This document shows positions 60,434 through 64,000 of a stretch of 64,000 nt of DNA, one piece after another (position 1 is the first letter of the stretch; each line of letters starts with the position of its first letter). Origin of the DNA: a virus. Taxonomy: Duplodnaviria; Caudoviricetes. Made by a program: the position numbers and the translations under genes. The DNA lies in the IMG/VR virus record IMGVR_UViG_3300038974_000542, positions 20,004 through 84,003 of that record, one strand, 5' to 3'. Below the pieces are notes generated by a model. It saw nothing but the letters and a program-made list of their open reading frames with translations, searched no databases and was not told where the DNA came from.

Positions 60434-60760
60434 CAACACTCATCTTTATAGCACCCTCTTGTCTTATATTATTATGCAACATCTATATTATTAAGATATT
60501 AAAGTATATAAGAGTAGGGTCTTGCTGAGAACTCATTCATACTGTGTAAAACATACAATTACAATTCAGTCCAGCCCTTAAGCTATCTTGCATCACTTTC
60601 TCAAGGTGACAGTACGTCTAGGATTACTCCAACTATTCATAAGGAATAGCTATCTTGCCAATTCAAGATTAGTATCTTCTATAGAATAAGTCTATAAGGT
60701 ATCAATGTTTAGCCTTTTATCTTTATATAAATGAGTTTCATAATTCTAACATCTTAATAG

Positions 60761-61282
60761 TGGAGCTGGAGGGATTTGAACCCTCGTCTTACATAGTTCT
60801 TAATAATAATCTCTTACATGTTTATCTTGTTTTTAAAAACAAGCAAAAAGGGTTGACTGGATAGTCAACTACCACCATCTTATTTAATCTAATAAGAAAA
60901 TCTGTGATAATCCTAACAGCACTCCTGGAGAATTACCTCGTGGACTGTTGCCTTGACTACTTATTAAATATACAGGAATAGAGCTTAAGGTTTTGCTAAT
61001 CTCTATTGTGACCTGTATTTTAATAGTAGTCCGTGATACCTTTCACATGCTTAAGGCTCAAGGATTCTGGTTTGATTATCTTAATACAATCCTTTGTTAA
61101 ATCTTCAACTATTATGTTCCATGGTTAGTTGACAACCAGATGAACTAAGCTACAGCTCTTAAAGAACTATAAGAGTTCATGGAAATAGTTTTACTATTGC
61201 CTTCTGTTGTTTTGAGTATAAGCTCTCCAGCTTACATGAATTATTATTAATACTGTATGCAATCAAATGCCATAACAGCCCC
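60761..61282 (-). ncRNA. ssrA: tmRNA (522 nt) with tag peptide (A)GNSKTISMNSYSSLRAVA
   Basis: 5' GGGGCTG pairs with 3' CAGCTCC-A including G3-U70; T arm GAGGG-TTCAAAT-CCCTC; helix 2 TTAATAATAA/TTATTATTAA; tag ORF 61201..61145 ends AVA-TAG. Confidence 0.9.
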
Positions 61283-61284
61283 AA

Positions 61285-61494
61285 TTAATCATATTCTACT
61301 CTTATAAACTTTGAGTAGTATTCTTCAGCCTTATCATAGAAGTTATCAAAGACTTCTTGAAAATCTTTCATTAATACTTCAGTTCCATCTTCAGAAACTT
61401 CAAGCATTTCTGCATAGGGAATATCCGAATACTCTTCAACTAATCTTGCTGTAGCTATATCACAGCAAAGTTTTGAAAAAATCTCACTCTTCAT
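61285..61494 (-). CDS. Small acidic hypothetical protein
   Basis: Stop codon lies 2 nt before the tmRNA 5' end. Confidence 0.6.
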   Translation of the reverse strand: MKSEIFSKLCCDIATARLVEEYSDIPYAEMLEVSEDGTEVLMKDFQEVFDNFYDKAEEYYSKFIRVEYD

Positions 61495-61672
61495 TTTTTG
61501 GAGATTTTAGAAATGGTAAAATGTCTTTATCATACATAGCTGCAAATATTACATCTGGATGTGTATTATAAAAATAGTCTATAGCATATATGTAACTTGC
61601 TGCGTCTATTATTTCGTGTTTATAGGAAATATCAGTCTCTTTTTCCTTATAAAGGAAATAAAATTCTTTCAT
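61484..61672 (-). CDS. Small hypothetical protein, paralogue of 60141..60332
   Basis: Shared motif pattern with the paralogue. Confidence 0.7.
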   Translation of the reverse strand: MKEFYFLYKEKETDISYKHEIIDAASYIYAIDYFYNTHPDVIFAAMYDKDILPFLKSPKNEE

Positions 61673-61677
61673 TTTTG

Positions 61678-61685
61678 CAAAGATA
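61678..61685 (-). promoter_or_regulatory. Bacteroidota -7 element (TATCTTTG)
   Basis: TATCTTTGCAAAAATG directly before the 61672 start. Confidence 0.55.
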
Positions 61686-62120
61686 TTAATTTTGTTCTGA
61701 ATTGGCTCTAAAATTTTCCTCTATATTTGTAATAATCTTCTTTAAAATATATAGATCTTCTTTATTAAGAGAGTCTGATATCTCTTTAGAGGTTTTTCCA
61801 TATATTTTGTATATCTCTTCCTTTTTATTGATACTTGGTAATATATTTAGAAGAAGATCTTTCTCTGTAAAAAGATATATTAAATATATACTTAAGATAG
61901 GAATAAATATCAGTCCTTCTTTTTTGTATATAAAATGTTTTAATCCATCCTCTGAATTATAGAGAACATAAATATCCCTTACTAAAGGATTCATTTTTAT
62001 ATAGTATTTTTTGTCAAAAAATTCTTTGATATTGAATTTTCTTCCTTTATTATATCCTATTAAATAGGAACATATTGCTATAATTATAGCGAAAAAAGAT
62101 ATTAAGATAAGAGTTGTCAT
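61686..62120 (-). CDS. Membrane-anchored hypothetical protein
   Basis: N-terminal TM helix plus a second hydrophobic segment. Confidence 0.55.
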   Translation of the reverse strand: MTTLILISFFAIIIAICSYLIGYNKGRKFNIKEFFDKKYYIKMNPLVRDIYVLYNSEDGLKHFIYKKEGLIFIPILSIYLIYLFTEKDLLLNILPSINKKEEIYKIYGKTSKEISDSLNKEDLYILKKIITNIEENFRANSEQN

Positions 62121-62159
62121 TATTTCTTCTTTTTAATAGTAGAATATTTCTATTAATAA

Positions 62160-62199
62160 AATATAGAGTTAGAGTGGATTAACACTCTAACTCATATAT
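62160..62199 (-). terminator. Hairpin terminator after the 62202..62804 gene
   Basis: 11-bp stem GAGTTAGAGTG/CACTCTAACTC with a 6-nt loop. Confidence 0.7.
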
Positions 62200-62201
62200 C
62201 T

Positions 62202-62804
62202 TTAAGCATTCACAAGGATGCTTTCATTGTATTCTACCTCTAATTCAGGAGATAGATACATTCTTTCATCTTGTGTTCTTAAGTCAATATCTTCATGACC
62301 CTGACTTGCAAAGTAAACAGCTTTGTACTGTACTTTACCATTAGAATCAAGTAATAATTGACCTGCTTTCTCAGTTCCTTCACCATAGCGAAGAACTTGA
62401 GAATTTGCAAATTCGTCCAAAGTTCTCAAGCCTCTTTCAATGGCATTCTTCTGATTGTTAGTCAGAATTGGCTCATTGCTGAGTACTCGATACAATGAAG
62501 CTTTTGGAAATTTTGCAAGTTGAGCTGTTACACTCTCTACTGTAGCATTTTCTGGAACAGCTATGAAAGCAACATAAGTTCTTTCAGAGACGAAATCTTG
62601 TGTTTCAAAACCAAAGTCTTGAAGACTGAAGATACTGTCCTGCATATCACTTGTTACAGTCTTTGTTGGATAAGACGAAATAGTCTTAATAGACTGTTTT
62701 AATACTGCTGTTTTAGTCCCAGCCTTTTGCCAATCACTGACTCTAATTTCAGCTACAGTAATTGGACTTTTTCCTACCTTTGTGATCACATTGGAAGTTG
62801 CCAT
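62202..62804 (-). CDS. Hypothetical protein (200 aa)
   Basis: Clean ORF with a long AT-rich leader and its own terminator. Confidence 0.7.
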   Translation of the reverse strand: MATSNVITKVGKSPITVAEIRVSDWQKAGTKTAVLKQSIKTISSYPTKTVTSDMQDSIFSLQDFGFETQDFVSERTYVAFIAVPENATVESVTAQLAKFPKASLYRVLSNEPILTNNQKNAIERGLRTLDEFANSQVLRYGEGTEKAGQLLLDSNGKVQYKAVYFASQGHEDIDLRTQDERMYLSPELEVEYNESILVNA

Positions 62805-62919
62805 AATGTTTTGAATTTAATGTTTTAATTTAATGATTTGAATTTATTTAAACATCCATTTAAGAGCATCTGAAGTTAATTTGTTTTATACTCAAATGGA
62901 AGGTAAAAATCTAAAAGTA

Positions 62920-62995
62920 AGCACCATAACCTGTGAAATTTATAATAGTACCATGCTCTGGATAGATGTATTAATAGAAATTTGGTTATGGTGCT
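62920..62995. repeat. Long-range hairpin (12-bp perfect stem) upstream of the 62804 gene
   Basis: AGCACCATAACC at 62920-62931 and GGTTATGGTGCT at 62984-62995. Confidence 0.65.
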
Positions 62996-63769
62996 ATAGT
63001 ATATAGGACTACTAATATGTAATAAAGACTTATATCCCACGTTCTATGACTAAGTGGTTCTCGCAGCTAAGAAATTCTCTAGGTTACTGCATATCCATGC
63101 CTATGGAAGTGACTCAAGAAAGAGTTAGAGAATATAATATATAAGTTTTTTTGGCTATATTAATTATTATAGGAATTTTTGATATTAGAAATATGTTAGA
63201 AATCTGGGGGATGAGGGTGTGTAATACACTCTCTTACAATCACTTACTAAACTATAAAAAGTGATTTTCCCTAAATAATTTCTCCGAAGTAATATACTTA
63301 TGACAAGTACTTCCCTATTACTTCTAAATATTAGTGGGGGCTTGAAATTGGAAATACTACTAGAATAATAAATATATCACTAACTAAGTTTCCAGTATAT
63401 TTCCTTTCTAAAGGTAAAGGTTAAACAAATCTTAAATTTATCTGTAGTCTATATCTCTTTTTAGGTGGATTATTTGTTGATAATTGGCTCTAAGATTTTA
63501 GGATAAATTAAGGAAAATCTGGCTTTATTCTAAGGTATTTTTCTGTATCTGCTTGAAAATCAAAGGGAAAAAACTTTTTTCGGTTTAAAGAAAGTACCAA
63601 AGAAATTTTATATATATACCCTATAGATAAAAGATGAATAAGTTTGTATTTTTTGGGCGTGTTTGAATAAGTTTGTGCCAACAAAGTTAGACTTTTTTTT
63701 TGACACTTTCAAGTGTTTATCTAAATATTATAGTTAATAATACATAATGTAATACTAAATAAATATAAA

Positions 63770-63798
63770 GAGAAGGTGAGAAAACTCTCACCTTACTC
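63770..63798 (-). terminator. Hairpin terminator
   Basis: 9-bp stem AAGGTGAGA/TCTCACCTT with a 4-nt loop, overlapping the stop of the small ORF. Confidence 0.65.
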
Positions 63799-63871
63799 TG
63801 AATCTCCTTCTTGGAAATATTAGCTTGCCGTCTATACAGCTGCAAACTAACAATGATCTTTTTGCTTTCAT
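63788..63871 (-). CDS. Small basic ORF (27 aa)
   Basis: Hand translation MKAKRSLLVCSCIDGKLIFPRRRFRVR; starts 3 nt after the upstream stop and ends in a terminator. Confidence 0.35.
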   Translation of the reverse strand: MKAKRSLLVCSCIDGKLIFPRRRFRVR

Positions 63872-63874
63872 AAA

Positions 63875-64000
63875 TTATTGATTTTTTCTGTTACAGATAA
63901 TCTTACGAATATCTTTTTTACTTATTTTCCTTATTTCTTTTGGATACTCATAGTGTCTATTTTTACCATGATTATTCCAACCTGATATTATCATTAATAT
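63875..64000 (-). CDS. 3' end of a gene truncated by the window edge
   Basis: Open frame ILMIISGWNNHGKNRHYEYPKEIRKISKKDIRKIICNRKNQ ending in TAA. Confidence 0.4.
   Translation of the reverse strand: MLMIISGWNNHGKNRHYEYPKEIRKISKKDIRKIICNRKNQ

Overview
A 64-kb AT-rich segment of a crAss-like (Crassvirales-type) podovirus, probably infecting Bacteroidota (TAnnTTTG promoter motifs), read in the standard genetic code. The + strand (1-34886) is the late module: a truncated pectate-lyase-like tail fibre, two nucleases, ring/IHF-like/muzzle tail proteins and four ejected cargo proteins. One cargo protein is a 5016-aa virion RNA polymerase (DYDID) with a C-terminal string of zincin-like, DUF4326-like, NADAR, SLOG and papain-like domains. 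A bidirectional terminator at about 34.9 kb marks the strand switch. The - strand (34999-64000) carries early/middle genes: a spanin-like protein, nucleotide enzymes, and a replication module (UDG, primase, AAA ATPase, DnaB-like, SF2 and Dda-like helicases, family A polymerase). It also encodes a four-gene ubiquitin-like set (Ubl, E2-like, JAB, E1/ThiF), with the E1 gene split by a group I intron carrying a LAGLIDADG endonuclease. The most unusual region is an RNA-handling island at 57.7-61.3 kb. There a Ro60/TROVE gene is followed by four related structured ncRNA units. In the last unit the two halves of the shared motif are swapped and grafted into the anticodon arm of a canonical tRNA cloverleaf. 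An enlarged 522-nt tmRNA with a readable tag peptide lies nearby. All calls come from motif reading by eye; no searches or folding programs were run.
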